A DNA stretch of 64,000 nucleotides, taken from Amphiscolops sp. MND2022 (Eukaryota). The stretch lies in contig OZ076409.1 in NCBI GenBank assembly GCA_964187785.1, forward strand, positions 682,001-746,000, written 5' to 3'. How positions within the stretch are numbered: the first letter of the stretch is position 1; each line of letters begins with the position of its first letter. A model generated the notes under the pieces. The model ran no database searches and was not told where the DNA came from. It worked only from the letters and a program-made list of their open reading frames with translations. Shown one piece after another: positions 1 to 12,659 of the stretch. The position numbers were made by a program, and so were the translations under genes.

Positions 1-429
1 GGGACTCCATATACTCTTTTGTGCGTATCGCAGTAGTCTCCTTGACTGAACTTTCCGCACCTGATGCAGCGGTTCGTCGGCTTTCTTTTCTCCTCCGATT
101 TCTTTGGCAACTGAAACTTTATCGGTTTTGACGCTAGTTTTTTGTGTATTGTTTTTCCTTCGGACGTAGTTACAGTGTGTTTAGTTTCTGTTACCGCTGT
201 TAGCCATTTATTGGTTTTAAATTTACATTTCATGGCGTTTGGTTTGTTTTCCTTTTCAAAAAATTGATATTGTTTGAATTCCCGGCTTACCGATCTAACC
301 GTTTTCTTTGAGTCGTTAAAGATCATATAATCGGACATTTCTCCCTCGGAGTTGTAGATCGTAAACATCTGGAGCTCAGTAGGTTGTGCTAAAACGTAAT
401 TGGTCAATGTCTTTTTCCAATTAGAGAGA

Positions 430-1370
430 AGAAAGTCTGGCCGTCCGGTTGAATTAGTTATCGCTGTACGTGGTTTGCGTCCGCAGTGCATTTGAAATGG
501 CGTCATGTTTAATTTACTATGCGGGTTTTGTCTGATCGTTTTAATCGCTAAATTAACACTCTCTTCAAATGTTAAGCCGTCCGCCATGCTTGCTCTGGTT
601 AATGATTTAATTGTTCGTTTTGTTCTTTCCACTTGGCCGGTTCCCGTATGTAAATTCGGTGTGCATCGGATGCGCTTTATATTTTCTTGGTTACAAAATT
701 CTTTAAATTCGTTACTTTTAAAACAGCTACCGTTGTCGGTACGTATACTCCGTGGTGTTCCGTTGTCTGAACAAAACTTGGATAAAAATTTTAAAACTGT
801 CCGTGAATCGGTTTTTTTTAAAAAATTTGGGCCGTTGGCCATTTGCTAAAACGGTCGACTGCGACTAGAATATATACATCACCGCGTGTCTTTGATTTTA
901 TTGGACCGGCCAAGTCCAATTGGATTTCTTGGTTGGATTCAGATAAAATTTCCAATTTTTTTTTCTGTAGACGGTAATTGTGTTGTTAAGTTCCTACCTG
1001 ACGCCCTGCAGCTGGGGCAATTTTCAGTTTTTTCTCGTATTTCCCGGTACAGGCCGAGCCACCAGAATGCTGCAGCTGATTGATCCATCTTCGACGCTGA
1101 GGGATGTCCTTGGTGAAGCATGGCAATAACTGTTGATCGCATTGTTTCTGGTATAACTATTTTGTCGTTATAGAAGAGTAGGCCGAATCGGGTGGTCAGA
1201 TGGTGTCTATGTGGTCGGTAAGGGTAGAAAATTTCTTCGATCTGATTTCTTTCAAGGGCAGTAATAGCGCTTAAGATTTTCACATCTCTCGCCATTTCTT
1301 CTACCAGCATGGGTAAATTGAGTGCGAAGTCCTTTTCTGCTTTTTTCCTCAGCCCGTTCATTATGTTCAT
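430..1370 (-). pseudogene. Gypsy integrase (H2C2 zinc finger plus rve core), frameshifted
   Basis: ORF 939-1370 LHQGHP...CPSC; manual translation of 600-745 gives RTDNGSCF and CTPNLHTGTGQVERTKRTIK. Confidence 0.85.
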
Positions 1371-2424
1371 CGTCCAGGGTATTTGTTTTGACGGTTTGTT
1401 TCAGCCGTATCAAGTTGACGGTCTCATGTTTGCGGAACTTTTTGAGGGCACTGGTGGGGCATTTTTCTTGTCTAACAATGCTTGTTTGGTTTTGGTGTCT
1501 GACGGTTTTTGCACCATCCATGACTCGTGATTGTTTTGTTGAAATTCTTTCAACGGCGTCGTTCCCAGTGACTCGCAATAACTTGTAAATTTGTATGTTC
1601 AACTCAACAATTCTTTTTCGGACTTGTTGAGAAGGTCGATACTCCTGTATTATTTAGTTGTCTGTCCCTTTGGCGACAATTCTTGTCTTTTCGGGTTTCA
1701 GAAGTCTCTTTCTTTCTGCCCAGAGTCTGTATGCATCTAGTGAGTGTCCTCGTTTCTTGTAGATGAAACTTATCTCTATGCCGTTGACTTTGTCCATATT
1801 GGATATCGATGCGGATTTGTTTGAAAGTTTTGTCGATGAGATTTGATTAACACCGTTCAATGGTATTGAGGCTTCGAGCGATTGAGTTTGTCTATTTTGT
1901 TCACGCTTGCATGTGCCGCGCTGTGATTGGTCGGTTTTTTGTTTCGGTTTGGTTCGTTCTGCGAATCTTTTTATGCTTTCGTTCGTTTGGATGAAATCGA
2001 ATAGACCGTGTATTTGATTTATTACGAACTCTTCTTCGGACTCCGTTTCGTTTTGACCGCTAAAATTGTTCTCCGCGGCCGTCTCACCGGTGTTTACGAT
2101 TGGATGCCTGCTTAGATTGTCCGTCAACGGAATGTTTTTACCAGTTGTGTATTGAACATTTACATCGAAATGGCTCAATCTGTCTAACCACCGTGTTAAT
2201 CTAGCACTGTTCTGCTTGTGCGCCCTATTTCGTTTTAGCAACGGTTGTAGTGCCTGGTGGTCCGTTAACAAATTTACTCTTTTTCCGTAAACGTAATACC
2301 TAAAGTATTCCAACCCCCACAGCGCTCCTTGTAGTTCTAGTTCATTATTAGCATATTTCCTCTCACAATCGGTGAGGAATCTACTGGCGAACGCGATTGG
2401 CCTAAAGATTTCTCCCTCTTTTTG

Positions 2425-3663
2425 CTACAATGTTGCTCCAAGTCCCGTATTGCAGGCATCCGTCGTCACATAATTGTTTTTTCGTGGGTCGAAGTGAGCG
2501 AGGCTTGGTAATTCAGTTATCTCGTTTTTCAAATTTTCGAAATCTTCGTTTACTTCAGGCGTCCAATCCCAGCGGGTTTCTTTCTTCGGTAGTCTTCTCA
2601 TTCTATCGGTCTTCTTGGATAGATTGTTGATGAATTTTGACAGCTGTTGTATTGAGCTCAGAAAGGATTTGAGTTCTTTGGCGTTCTTTGGGGCTTTCAG
2701 TTTTGTTATCGCTTCTGTCTTGTCTTTTATTGGTTTTACCCCACTTTGATTGATGTGGTAGCCCAGCCAAGTTATCTCTTGTTCGAATAATTCGGTTTTC
2801 CTCTCACTCGCTCTGTATCCAGCGTTTTGTAACTTGGTGAGTACTTCCCGAACTTCACGTTCGTGTTCGTCGATTGTTCCGTTGGTTACACAAATAATGT
2901 CGTCCAGATAGACTGGTGTTTTAAATTCCAGCACTTTGTCGATGTGTTCCTGGAATACGGTGGGAATATCAGACAATCAGTGAAAACCTTTCTTGAATCG
3001 GTAATGGCCGGTGAAATCGCCGCCAATTCTCGAAAACACGCAGTGTTTTGCTGCTTCTGCGGTTAATTTTGCCTGTCCGTAAGCATAATCCAAATCAATC
3101 TTTGACATCCAAATTTCTCCACTGCTTCGGGTAATTTCTGCTGATTGTTTGCTGATTAGTTCTTCCATATTTGACATTGCCGCTTTCCTTTTGACACATG
3201 CCTCGTTCATTTTTCTCGAGTCGAGCGCTATTTTTACGGATTTATCTTCCTTTATTGTTGTGACAGCTGGTGAGACGAAACAGTGTTCCGTGGTTTTGTC
3301 TGCTTTTTCTAGATGTCCACTTTCGAGTAGTTTTTCTAACTCTTTCTTGACTCTTTTTTGAAAGTGTATCGGTACTGGTCGTCCCTTCTGTTGTATCGGC
3401 CTTGTGTCCCTTTTCAGTTGGAGGTCAATGGTTAGGTCTTTGATCGTGTGGTTGTTTTTGAATAGATCATTGTATTCGTCTACAATCTTCTGTCGTCTTT
3501 CGTCTGTTTCAATGTGTCGGATAATATTTGTGTTCTTGTTCCCTTGAGGTACGATTTCCAGTTTATCCAACCAGTCTAATCCCAGCAAGGGTTGGGTGTT
3601 TTTGTTTGCAGTTATTAATATGGGAAGTGCTACTTTGTTTTTTTTTGTTTTCACTTCGAGCAT
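2425..3663 (-). pseudogene. pol: Gypsy reverse transcriptase (in-frame stop at 2977)
   Basis: ORFs 2977-3663 and 2425-2976: PIQQKGRPVP, KIDLDYAYGQ, VYLDDII, WLGY. Confidence 0.9.
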
Positions 3664-4860
3664 GGCCTCGCCTTTGAAAATTATTGGATTTTTGTTTTTT
3701 GTTCACGTCTACAAAGCTTTTTGTGGTTTTGTGTACTTCCGCTGTATTGATTATAGGCGGTATTATCGGTACTGGAACCAGTGTCAAAATTAAATTCTAT
3801 TGGTTGTCCCTGGATCAATAATATCGCTTTGTAGAAATCAATCCGATTTATGCCGTTGACGGATTGGATATGGTCAATTTCGGGCCATGACTCGGAGTTG
3901 CTGTCCGTTGATAGTTCTTTTTGTACCCGGCTGACGGTTTTGGATTTACACACTTTGGCGAAGTGTCCCATTTTCCTGCACTTGTTGCATTGTGCTCTTC
4001 GTGCTGGGCAAATGTGTTCCAATGACTAGTTTGGTTTACCGCAGAAGCGGCAATTACGGTTTGATATTTTCTTTTTTTCCCGTTTCATCTATTTTTCGTT
4101 TCCGTGCTGGAAGTGAGTAGGCGACTTGTTCTTCGCTTGATGAACTTTCTAAATGAAGTTTTCGGTGTTTTTTGTTTGTCTTCTTGTCTCCGTATTCACG
4201 GTTGTAGTTATCTTGTTCGATGGTTTCAAGGACCATCTGGAGTTTCAGCGGTCCTTTTATGAATTTGTCTCGGGCTTTTTTGTCATTGATGGTTGCTCCA
4301 AACTTGTAAGTGATAATTTCTTCTGGTGTAATGCTGATGAACTCGCATTTTCTCTCAATATCCAGAAGTCTTTTCCAATACTCATCCACTGTTTCATTGT
4401 CTTCTTGTTTAATATTTAAAAATTGTGCTCGACTGTGGAATACATTTCTTGCAGGGATAAATGTTTTCTTGAAAAATTTCAGCAATTCTGGGAGATCAAT
4501 GTCTTTTAACTCTTTGCCCCACTGGCCTCTCATTATTTCGTGTTTGGCCTTGGGGCCTAATGCCCAGATAACCTCTCCCTTGATGTGGTACACCGTATGT
4601 GGGTCCATTTGATCGATACCTTGATCCATCAATTCATCCAAATTTCGGTTATACGTGAAGTGTATCTACTCAGAAATTTGCTACCACCACATTCGTGGGT
4701 TTATTTTGGTCAGGTCCGTCTCCCTGTCCGATAAAATTGGAATTTTATACTTGTTCTTCTCTAGTCGGTCTGCTGTTGTCTGGTTCATTATCGTCTGGTT
4801 CTCGGCCGGTTGGCCCGATTGTTCCGAGGTACTCGGGTCTGAATTGTTGTCCATTAGGCT

Positions 4861-4870
4861 GACTGCGCCA
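4861..4870 (-). promoter_or_regulatory. Primer-binding site TGGCGCAGTC (tRNA-Ser-like, inferred)
   Basis: TGG immediately after the LTR terminal CA at 4871. Confidence 0.75.
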
Positions 4871-5604
4871 TGTAATAAACTGGAGAATAGTATAAGAAAG
4901 TGAATTAAAAGTATGGGAACTCAAATGCGAAGTAAATGTAAGATCATATACACTGATCACTCAACTGTACTGTATCTAGCATCATCATAGAATGTTCAAG
5001 CAGTAAGGTTTATGTTGGCAGGTACTATGAACTGAATTAATCTTCATAGTGACATCATCTCTCACAACTAGCAATACATTCTCTAGCTGGATCATCTCAC
5101 CTTTTCAATAAGTCTTGAGATTCACTTCATTGCACAGTCAGAGAACTGACCAAAAACAAAATGTCTATCTGTTAAAAATGAACGAGAGCTGAGACTTATT
5201 GACAAATCCTCAGAACGGAATTCAACGCCGCATGTGCTACCTAATCCGGTGCTATCTAAAAAACAACCAGACAAATGTAAAAAGACTCGGAATATGGTTC
5301 TGACGAAATGACAAACATCGAGGCAATCGTTGCGGAAATCAGAGGAACTGAAGAAAGATAAGATACTTCTTCCTTCATAGAGGCTCTGCGTCAAAACTAC
5401 TTCACGTAAATTACAAAAAATGGAACAGAAAAAGAACAGAGCACACGGTGCAGTTTGACGTATCCATGTCTTCTTCAAATTACATTTTATTCAGGAAAAG
5501 AATAAACACCATAACAGGACAGACCAATCGCTTTCCAATCTCGACCAGGAACCCGCAGGTGAAAGCGCTGATGATAAATGGAACGCCATACTCGAAACAC
5601 AGCA

Positions 5605-6000
5605 AAAATTTTTTTTGAAAAAAAGTCTCACAATGCCAAAAAAACTGAAAGGGGGGACCCTTTGGGATTTTTCAACATCCGTTCTGTCGGAAAACCAAAA
5701 AAAAATTGAAGGGGGGACCCTTTGGGGAAAATTTTTTTTCGAAAAAAAGTCTCACAGAGCCGAAAATACTCTAAGGGAGTTCCCTTTGGTCCTTTTGAGT
5801 TTCTTAGATGATGTAAAAATATTACTTCGCGAGCTTTTAAAGTATTTTAAATTTGATAAGTAAGAATTGTAAGATTTTAAGATTGTAAGAATTGTAAGAA
5901 AAGTGGACAGATCAGTGTGAGGATTGTAGTCTGAAGAAAAAAAAAGGTCACTGCTATAGTCGGGCATTTTTCCTTAAAAGGATAAAGCGCCGACTAAAAA
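5605..6000 (-). mobile_element. Helentron-type non-autonomous element (HINE family 1), truncated
   Basis: 5' end reads TTTTTAGTCGGCGC...CCCGACTAT on minus; internal AAAGGGTCCCCC/TTTTCGG repeats shared with other copies. Confidence 0.75.
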
Positions 6001-6543
6001 TGAAAAATAATCGAATTAGTTGACTGTAAAAGATGCAGCGCACCGAATTGCAATCAACAACACGAATGGCCAGTTAGGGGTAAAAAGTCCACCGAATGTA
6101 GAAAACTGGGTTATTTTGAAGAACTCTAGCAAGGAAAAAAGTGAGAAAACTAGTGCAGTCACAGGTCAAAACGGCTCACAAACAAGAACCCGATGGATAC
6201 GCAAAGGCACGGGTACCCAAGATGATAACTGGAAACACCGTACAAATGCCATAAAGGTGTGACAAGACACATGGAATGGAACTCAGGGACAGAAGCCGGT
6301 CTGAAAACCAGGGTATGAGCCTACAACCTTGGAAGGGTTGGCGTCTAGATGTTACTTCGAAAATCAGACTGAAGGATAGTACATGATATCTTTTTACTGA
6401 ACGTGATAAACAAACAAGTACAAGAAACGTCATGTAGGGAGCCGAAGAAGACCTCTGTCGAGGCATTACAGTCCGCAATTGCCTTCGAAGACAGGCTAAA
6501 AAGGCAGAAGATATACGTGGTCATAAATCCAGAGACAAGGATA

Positions 6544-6926
6544 AACAAGACGCCCGCTAACCACCGGGATATTTTCCGCCCTGTTCGCCTTCACCAACTG
6601 AGCTATAGCTATTTTGGGAGGAGGAATAGGATCTAAAGAATAAGATCTAAAATTTAGTGATTTTAGATCTTATTCCTTTTAGATCTTACTTCCGCCCTGA
6701 AATTTTAGATCTTATTCCCTTCAGATCTTATTGCCCTTTTTGACTTTAGATATTATTCCCACTGTATGCTATTTTAGTTACTTAAATATTTTAGGTACTA
6801 ATAGCTATATAAAATAGTCAAGTAATCAAAAGGTGGAGATTGTGGAGATTTGGCAAAATTAGGAAAGAACGCGTCACAGATCATGATTTTCCTCCCCCAT
6901 TTATAAAATGTGGGGTCGGAAAATAA
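6544..6926 (-). mobile_element. HINE-like family 2 copy, interrupted
   Basis: Same termini as 21307-21549 and 34895-35151 (cgcccgctaaccaccgggatattttccgc ... tggggtcggaaaataa). Confidence 0.6.
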
Positions 6927-8107
6927 TAAAAGCACAACCAGTGTGTTCAGTCGCTGAAACTAACAAACAACAACCGATGTCACAAAACAAAGAACCGTAA
7001 ACACCGAACAGCAATCGGAAACCATACTGAAGAAGGAGCAATATGCCAAAGACACAACGGAGAGGGTCCCGATTCTGGCATCAGTCCAGTAGGAACAGCA
7101 GTTAGGAAAGAAGAAGTTCCAGGCGAAAAGCCGAACCTCAAAGAGACTAACAAAAACCTTGACTGGCTTGGACATAATTTCAAGGTAAAGAAAATTGAAA
7201 CGGAGTCGTCAAGTATTGAAGAAGAAAGGTGCCTAACTGTCATAGAGATTTTACCACAACATGAACAACTACTCGTTAAATTTTAAGTGTTTGTTCATGT
7301 TTTTGTAGTTATGAAATATATCAATGCTGATTACTAATTGGCAATCAAATAAAGCAGCTGCGTTGTAATTGACCCAGTAGGAGTATATCCCTGTGGTGCA
7401 GTATTTTGGTTTTGTAATAATTATATTTACCTGTCCTTCTCGGTATAAAAAGGGGAGTGTGGTAGCGAAAGCCAATTCGACACTTGATTGAAACTCGATG
7501 TGTCACGTAGTAGGACAAAATAGGTTAGACATTTTAAACAAAATTTCAACCATCAACAAGCCATCATATTTTTCATTGGGATGAATTATCGAAACTTGAA
7601 CGAAGATTTAAATTGCAAAGTACAATTTATTCGGCAGAGCACTCACCGGAAAACATCCATGGCGAAATTATGCTCTTTACCGATAAAACTGCTGAACATT
7701 GAAAAATTTTGCTCCGGGAACTATTCCACAAAAAATCCTTTCCAGAATTATTGCAATGTAAAATGAAGTTTTAAATGGTAAATTTTAAAAAGTGCTGAAT
7801 ATTTGGCATATTTGAAAAAAATTAATCTCTTGCTTTGAAAAGTTTTTTTTACAAATATACAATACGACACTTTTTAATCGTCGAACTTTGTGGACAGAGC
7901 TCTACGCCTTGACTAATAATTCAGAATTTGTTTTCTGTTTATTTTTAAATTAAAAACATGGCAGTGGAAGATTACTTTCTGCTACCCCAATTTGTACGAA
8001 ACATCTTTTTTTTTGGGGGGGGGATTTGGATCGCGGATAATTAGATTGGTCATGACTGTGGTGGGTGTAGAAGGAAGAGAGGGCTGGTGGTGGTGGCGGT
8101 GGTGCAG

Positions 8108-8347
8108 ACAGCCTGACTGGGTCTTACAAGTTGTTCACCCTGACGAGGGAGCCCTTTGCGAGGCTGGTGTCGTTCTACCACGACAAGGTGTTGAGGATGC
8201 AGCCTTTCTACTACTCACGCATCGTCAGCCGCATCCTCCGCTCAGAGGACATGCTCCAACACGTGCCCCCACAAGCACACCAGGCCAAGCAGATGGGTCT
8301 CAGGGCCTCGTTCAGGGGCATGGTGAAGTACATCCTCAACCACCCGG
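8108..8347 (+). CDS. Sulfotransferase exon containing the 3'-PB motif
   Basis: ggtgcag acceptor; DSLTGSYKLFTLTREPFARLVSFYHDK...YILNHP; donor G|GTTGCC, phase 1. Confidence 0.85.
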
Positions 8348-11300
8348 GTTGCCACCCCCCCCCACTCTCGTCCTAACAAAAATAGGCCCATGCCTATTTC
8401 TGCTTTTAGGCTTTCATCTTCGATAATAGAAGCAATCATTTATATAGCGCACAATTAACCACTACCTCTTTACACCGCCTTTAATTCTTCTCGGACTAAA
8501 GAAAATATGTATAACTACTAAGCGTAGACTATGCGAAGCTCTCGGCGAACGAATAATTAACACTCGTTCGCTTCATCTCAATAACTCGACGTACGAAAGC
8601 ATAATTACTACTCGCTCGTTCCATCGCACGAGAGACGAATTGTTTTCGGCAGCTTGAGAAATTTAAATTTCACGCTTGTACTAATGCCGAACAAATTATC
8701 TGAATTTTTCAGTAGGTACTTGAATCGCGTACGAAAAATTGACTGAAAAAAGTTGAATATTTCAGATTTCAATAATATTCCTGCTATCGCAGAAATACTA
8801 ATAACGGGTCTTATTAGGTGGGTGACCATCATATCACATGTTTAGCACTCCCTGTGAATCTGTTCAGATCTGTACAGATCCTTACAACTATTCCAGGATT
8901 TGTCAAACATTAACTAAGCCAAAACGACCAATAAATTTTTATAGCGTATTCTGAGTAACCAGCAACTATCAAAGCTACTCAGTGCCTTGGAAAGTTAGTA
9001 CTTCAAATACTAAGGTAGGTAAAGTAATTTTCCAAAATTGGTAAAGTAGTTGAAAAGTCCAAAAATGCAGTACATTGGTTCCCTAGAAGCTCCCGGAAAA
9101 AGTTCTCTGAAGGTCTGTAAAAACAAGTTTTGAACATCTGTAAAGATCCTTGCAGATCTGCACCTGTCCTGAAGAAACAGTGACACGATCTTTACAGATC
9201 CTCAAAGGAATCAGGCTCACAGATCTGTACAGATTGTGAAGGAAAGCTCAACATGGGATAACGTTGCTTCATATTGCAGGAGATTATAGAAAGTGAATGA
9301 GGATTTATAACAATGATAGCATCAGAAGACACAATCAATACTCCGCTCACACATGTTTTTGCACTCGACGTAGAAATTGCAAGGGAAAAATTTAGGATTG
9401 AAGAATCGAATAGAAACTTGGTTTCATCCAGGATCTAAAGATTTGAACTTTTCATTACCATCACACCATACCTATAGTGTTTTAAAAGCAGGAGCCAAGC
9501 GACGTGTCACTGCATGACCATTAGGTGGCGATTTCGGGACTTGCTATTTTTCCCGAAAAAAGTTCTAATTGCGACGTTATAATTTCTAAACATTCTAACT
9601 TTTAATGATTTCTGGAAAACTTTTGAATTCAAATCGATTTCCGTTTTACCTGATGAGTATTTTTTGATTTCAATATCAAATTTGAACAGCAATTTTTCCT
9701 TTAAATCTTGAGTGACCCTATGCAACTTTGTTTCCTAGAACATTTTTTTTGTTTTTTCAAACTACGGACTCTTCAAAAATGGACCATTTTTTTCAGAAAT
9801 ACGCTCAGTGTCAAAGAACATGAATGCGGGCCTTTGTTTCCGTGCATCTTTGCAAAAATTAAAAAAATTAATCCATTGCAGAATTCGAACCCAGGTGATT
9901 TTTTTCCAGGCAAAGCCACGACAGAAACTTGTGACAACCACTAGGCCAAGTGGAATTTACCTTACACTTTAGATAGTAGAAGTAGACTCCAGAAGTCTAA
10001 AGAAAACGGTCGCAAAAGCCGCTTCAAAACTACAGCTAGCTTTTCTTCTTCTCGAAGAAAAAAATGTAATAAGAATCCGAGAGTGTACTTCAGCAACTTT
10101 GCAATTTGCAGCCTCTGCTCTAAATCATTAATGGATAACTGCAAGATACTTCGGGCGCTTTTCTGGGCGTATTAGAAACCTTGACAATAGCATCTTTTCA
10201 AACCATTGCCAGCCATTCAGTTTTGTTCGGCGGTATCTTTAATAGTTGTCTTGTAACAAAGTTTAGCTTATTGTCGTCATTATGATAATAATTCGATACA
10301 GTTTCCGGGAAGGTAGTGTTTTTAGTCGGCGCCTTTTCCTTTAGAAGGAAAAAAGTCCGACTACTACAGTGACTAGTTTTTTTTCGTGAGACAACAGAAT
10401 GGTATGCGTAGCGGTCACTTTTTTTTACCTAACTACTAAATTACTGGACTGGCAAGTGGAAACACATCTAAGTAGTGTAAAGGTCCCCCTTTCATGTACT
10501 CATTTTTTAACGTAAGATACAAAACGGACGGGACTATAGGGTCTCCACTTTGAATTTTTTTCGGCACTGTGCGACTTTTTGAATTTTTCTCCAAAGGGTC
10601 CCCCTTGCTACAAACTGGACTTTCAAAAAACTCAAAGGGTCCCCCCTTTTACAATTTCAAAAACTTTGCGCTTTTTGAGCCTTAAATATAGCGCCGACTT
10701 TAGACGTTCTCGTCTTGGTTACTGGTACAAGCACAGCAACACCTGGAAGGTTCCACCAACCCCCCCACGAGGTTCTACTTGTAGCCTAGGCCTCATGTTT
10801 CAAAAACACGATCGTCTGTCTGTGTGTAATAACAGCAGTGAATTACATGGTTTGCAACCCGGGGGTGTTTGCATGGGGGTGTTGGTGTGCAGAGAAGTAC
10901 GACCCGCACTATGAGCCGATGTGTTCTCTGTGTCAGTTCTGCTCCTACAACTACTCCTTCATCGGCAAGCTGGAGAACGCGGCCCAAGACTTGCCCGCTC
11001 TCATGCAGCACTTAGGATGGTGTCCCTCGACAAATAATGCTGCTCATTACAAAAATTTGAGCTCTTTTCTGTTTCCCCCACCACCAAAATTTTTGAAAGA
11101 AATTTCCTTAAAACTTTACACTAGGTTAATTAAAAGTAAAACCTTCTTTCATTACCGGAAGTTAACTTCTATTAGAGTAGTTTTTTGCTTGAACAAAACA
11201 TTGTTCACACATTTTGACTATAATTATGCTCGTATTAAGTGTTTATTGATAACTCAAAACAGGAAGCTGTTGATTTTTTATCAAAAAAGTGTGACTGCAT

Positions 11301-12659
11301 ACGGAAAAAGAGTGAACAAAGTTTGTATTTGAATCCTAAACTGTAACTCTGAGAATAAATTTTAAACTGAAGCTTTCTGGTTGGTACTCAAGTCTTTTTA
11401 ATATAAGATTTTCATTAATTTTCCAAAAAAATTTATTGGTGGTGGGGGGCAAACAGAAAAGAGCCAAAATTTGCCCTTTCCATCCGGACTACCAAACACG
11501 GGTACTAGGAGTAGTATCTACAGAAACAATCAACAAAAAATTGGCATTGGTGGAAAATCGATTACCAATGCTAATTTAAGAATTATGATTGGGGCAAAAG
11601 AACTAGATTTTAAACCATCCCAATGAACCTGAGCATTTTTGCAATTTCCGTTCAAAAAGTCCAATGGGGAATGTTTTTTTGTAACGCCGCTTTGCGGTCA
11701 TTCACTGCACAGGAACTTGTAATAACAACTGCTTTTAAATGCATATAAAAGCATGATTTTGCCTTTGATGACCTTGTTGTGTATATGTATATGGTTGCTG
11801 TTTTATATGCACCAAGGATTTTTCAGAAAATCATTTTTTTCCAAAAAGGGAGTTTTTGAAAAATCTAACAATTTTTCCAAATGAGGAAAGACTTTTCTAA
11901 TCTTTCGGACCAAATAAGGTACCAACAGAAAGTGAATTATAAACTGTGTCAAAATAGTGGGAACTGACAAATGATCCCTTTGTGTTGTCATCTGTGGAAC
12001 AGGGGGCACTTTTCTGTAAACCCCCACCGACGATTTTTTTTTCGGAAAATTAGTGGAAATATAACAAAAAGAGTTGAATAGAAACCAGAAAGCTCCAATT
12101 TCAAATTTATTTCGAATGTGACCGTTTGGGGTTGAGATACAAACTTTGTTCACACCATTTTTGCGTATGAAGTCACGCATTCTTGATTTTAAAATCAACA
12201 ACTTCCTGTTTTGAGTCACAAAAACAGTGAATAAAAACGTAATTATAGTCAAAATGTGTGAAAAATGTTTTGTTCAAACAAAAAACTATTCCAATAGACG
12301 TTAACTTCCGGTTATGAAAGAAAGAAGGTTTTACATTTGATTAGGCTAGTCCGAACTTTTTTAAAGGAAATTTACTTTCAAAAAATTTGTTGGTGGGGGG
12401 GGCGGGGCAAAAAGAGGCGACCAGGGACACTATTCTAGGCCTGAGTCGAGACCTGATACCGACCCACTCGTACTCCACGGTGAACGCGTCTCGAGAAGCA
12501 GTGATCGCACACTTCAAGGACATAGATCGCGATGACGTCATCAAGCTGCAGTACAAGTACTTCCTGGACTACAGACTCTTCCACTACCCCCTCCCTTCCT
12601 CATACCTGCCGCAGTTCCAGTTCAGGAAATCCAAGACCAGGAGAAAGTTCTTTTTCTGA
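8108..12659 (+). CDS. Carbohydrate sulfotransferase (Sulfotransfer_2, CHST11/CHST8-14-like), 3' three exons; N-terminal exons not found in window
   Basis: Motifs REPFARLVSFYHDK (3'-PB), DPHYEPMCSLCQFCSYNYSFIGKLE and LQYKYFLDYRLFHY; exons 8108-8347, 10893-11015 (or -11019), 12439 (or 12425)-12659 join in frame. Confidence 0.88.
8440..8810. repeat. Interspersed repeat, unclassified; second copy at about 54617-55575
   Basis: Shared tagcgcacaat...ctcggactaaag...ctactaagcgtagac...cgaagctctcggcgaacgaataattaacactcgttcgc. Confidence 0.7.
10319..10720 (+). mobile_element. HINE family 1, complete
   Basis: TTTTTAGTCGGCGC plus 5' hairpin; 3' GCGCCGACT subTIR followed by hairpin AGACG-ttct-CGTCT; no TSD. 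Confidence 0.85.
10893..11015 (+). CDS. Sulfotransferase exon
   Basis: gtgtgcag acceptor; EKYDPHYEPMCSLCQFCSYNYSFIGKLENAAQDLPALMQHL; 3' boundary 11015 (GA donor) or 11019 (GT donor). Confidence 0.85.
   Translation, partial: RSTTRTMSRCVLCVSSAPTTTPSSASWRTRPKTCPLSCST
11060..11465. mobile_element. MITE with 8-bp TSD (Merlin-like, inferred)
   Basis: TIR (a/g)GCTCTTTTCTGTTT..CCCCCACCACC; TSD AAAATTTG at 11052-59 and 11466-73. Confidence 0.8.
12005..12418. mobile_element. Second copy of the same MITE, opposite orientation
   Basis: Reverse-complement similar to 11060-11465; TSD GAACAGGG/GACCAGGG. Confidence 0.8.
12439..12659 (+). CDS. Sulfotransferase terminal coding exon
   Basis: GLSRDLIPTH...HFKDIDRDDVIKLQYKYFLDYRLFHYPLPSSYL...stop TGA; resembles the CHST C-terminus. 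Confidence 0.85.

Larger units (their letters stand above)
1..5065 (-). mobile_element. Ty3/Gypsy LTR retrotransposon (Mag-like), degenerate, 3' end outside window
   Basis: Minus-strand order gag (4054-4641, knuckle CNKCRKMGHFAKVC), protease (FDTGS), RT (IDLDYAYGQ, YLDD), RNase H (TDAC, TDHQAL), integrase (HQGHP..CPSC, RTDNGSCF, GQVER) with stops and frameshifts; LTR end TTACA abuts PBS TGGCGCAGTC. Outer LTR boundary uncertain. Confidence 0.93.
11015..12435. mobile_element. Old TIR DNA transposon flanked by TA, coinciding with sulfotransferase intron 2
   Basis: Left GGATGGTGTCCCT versus right reverse complement GAATAGTGTCCCT (11/13); TA at 11013-14 and 12436-37. Confidence 0.65.
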
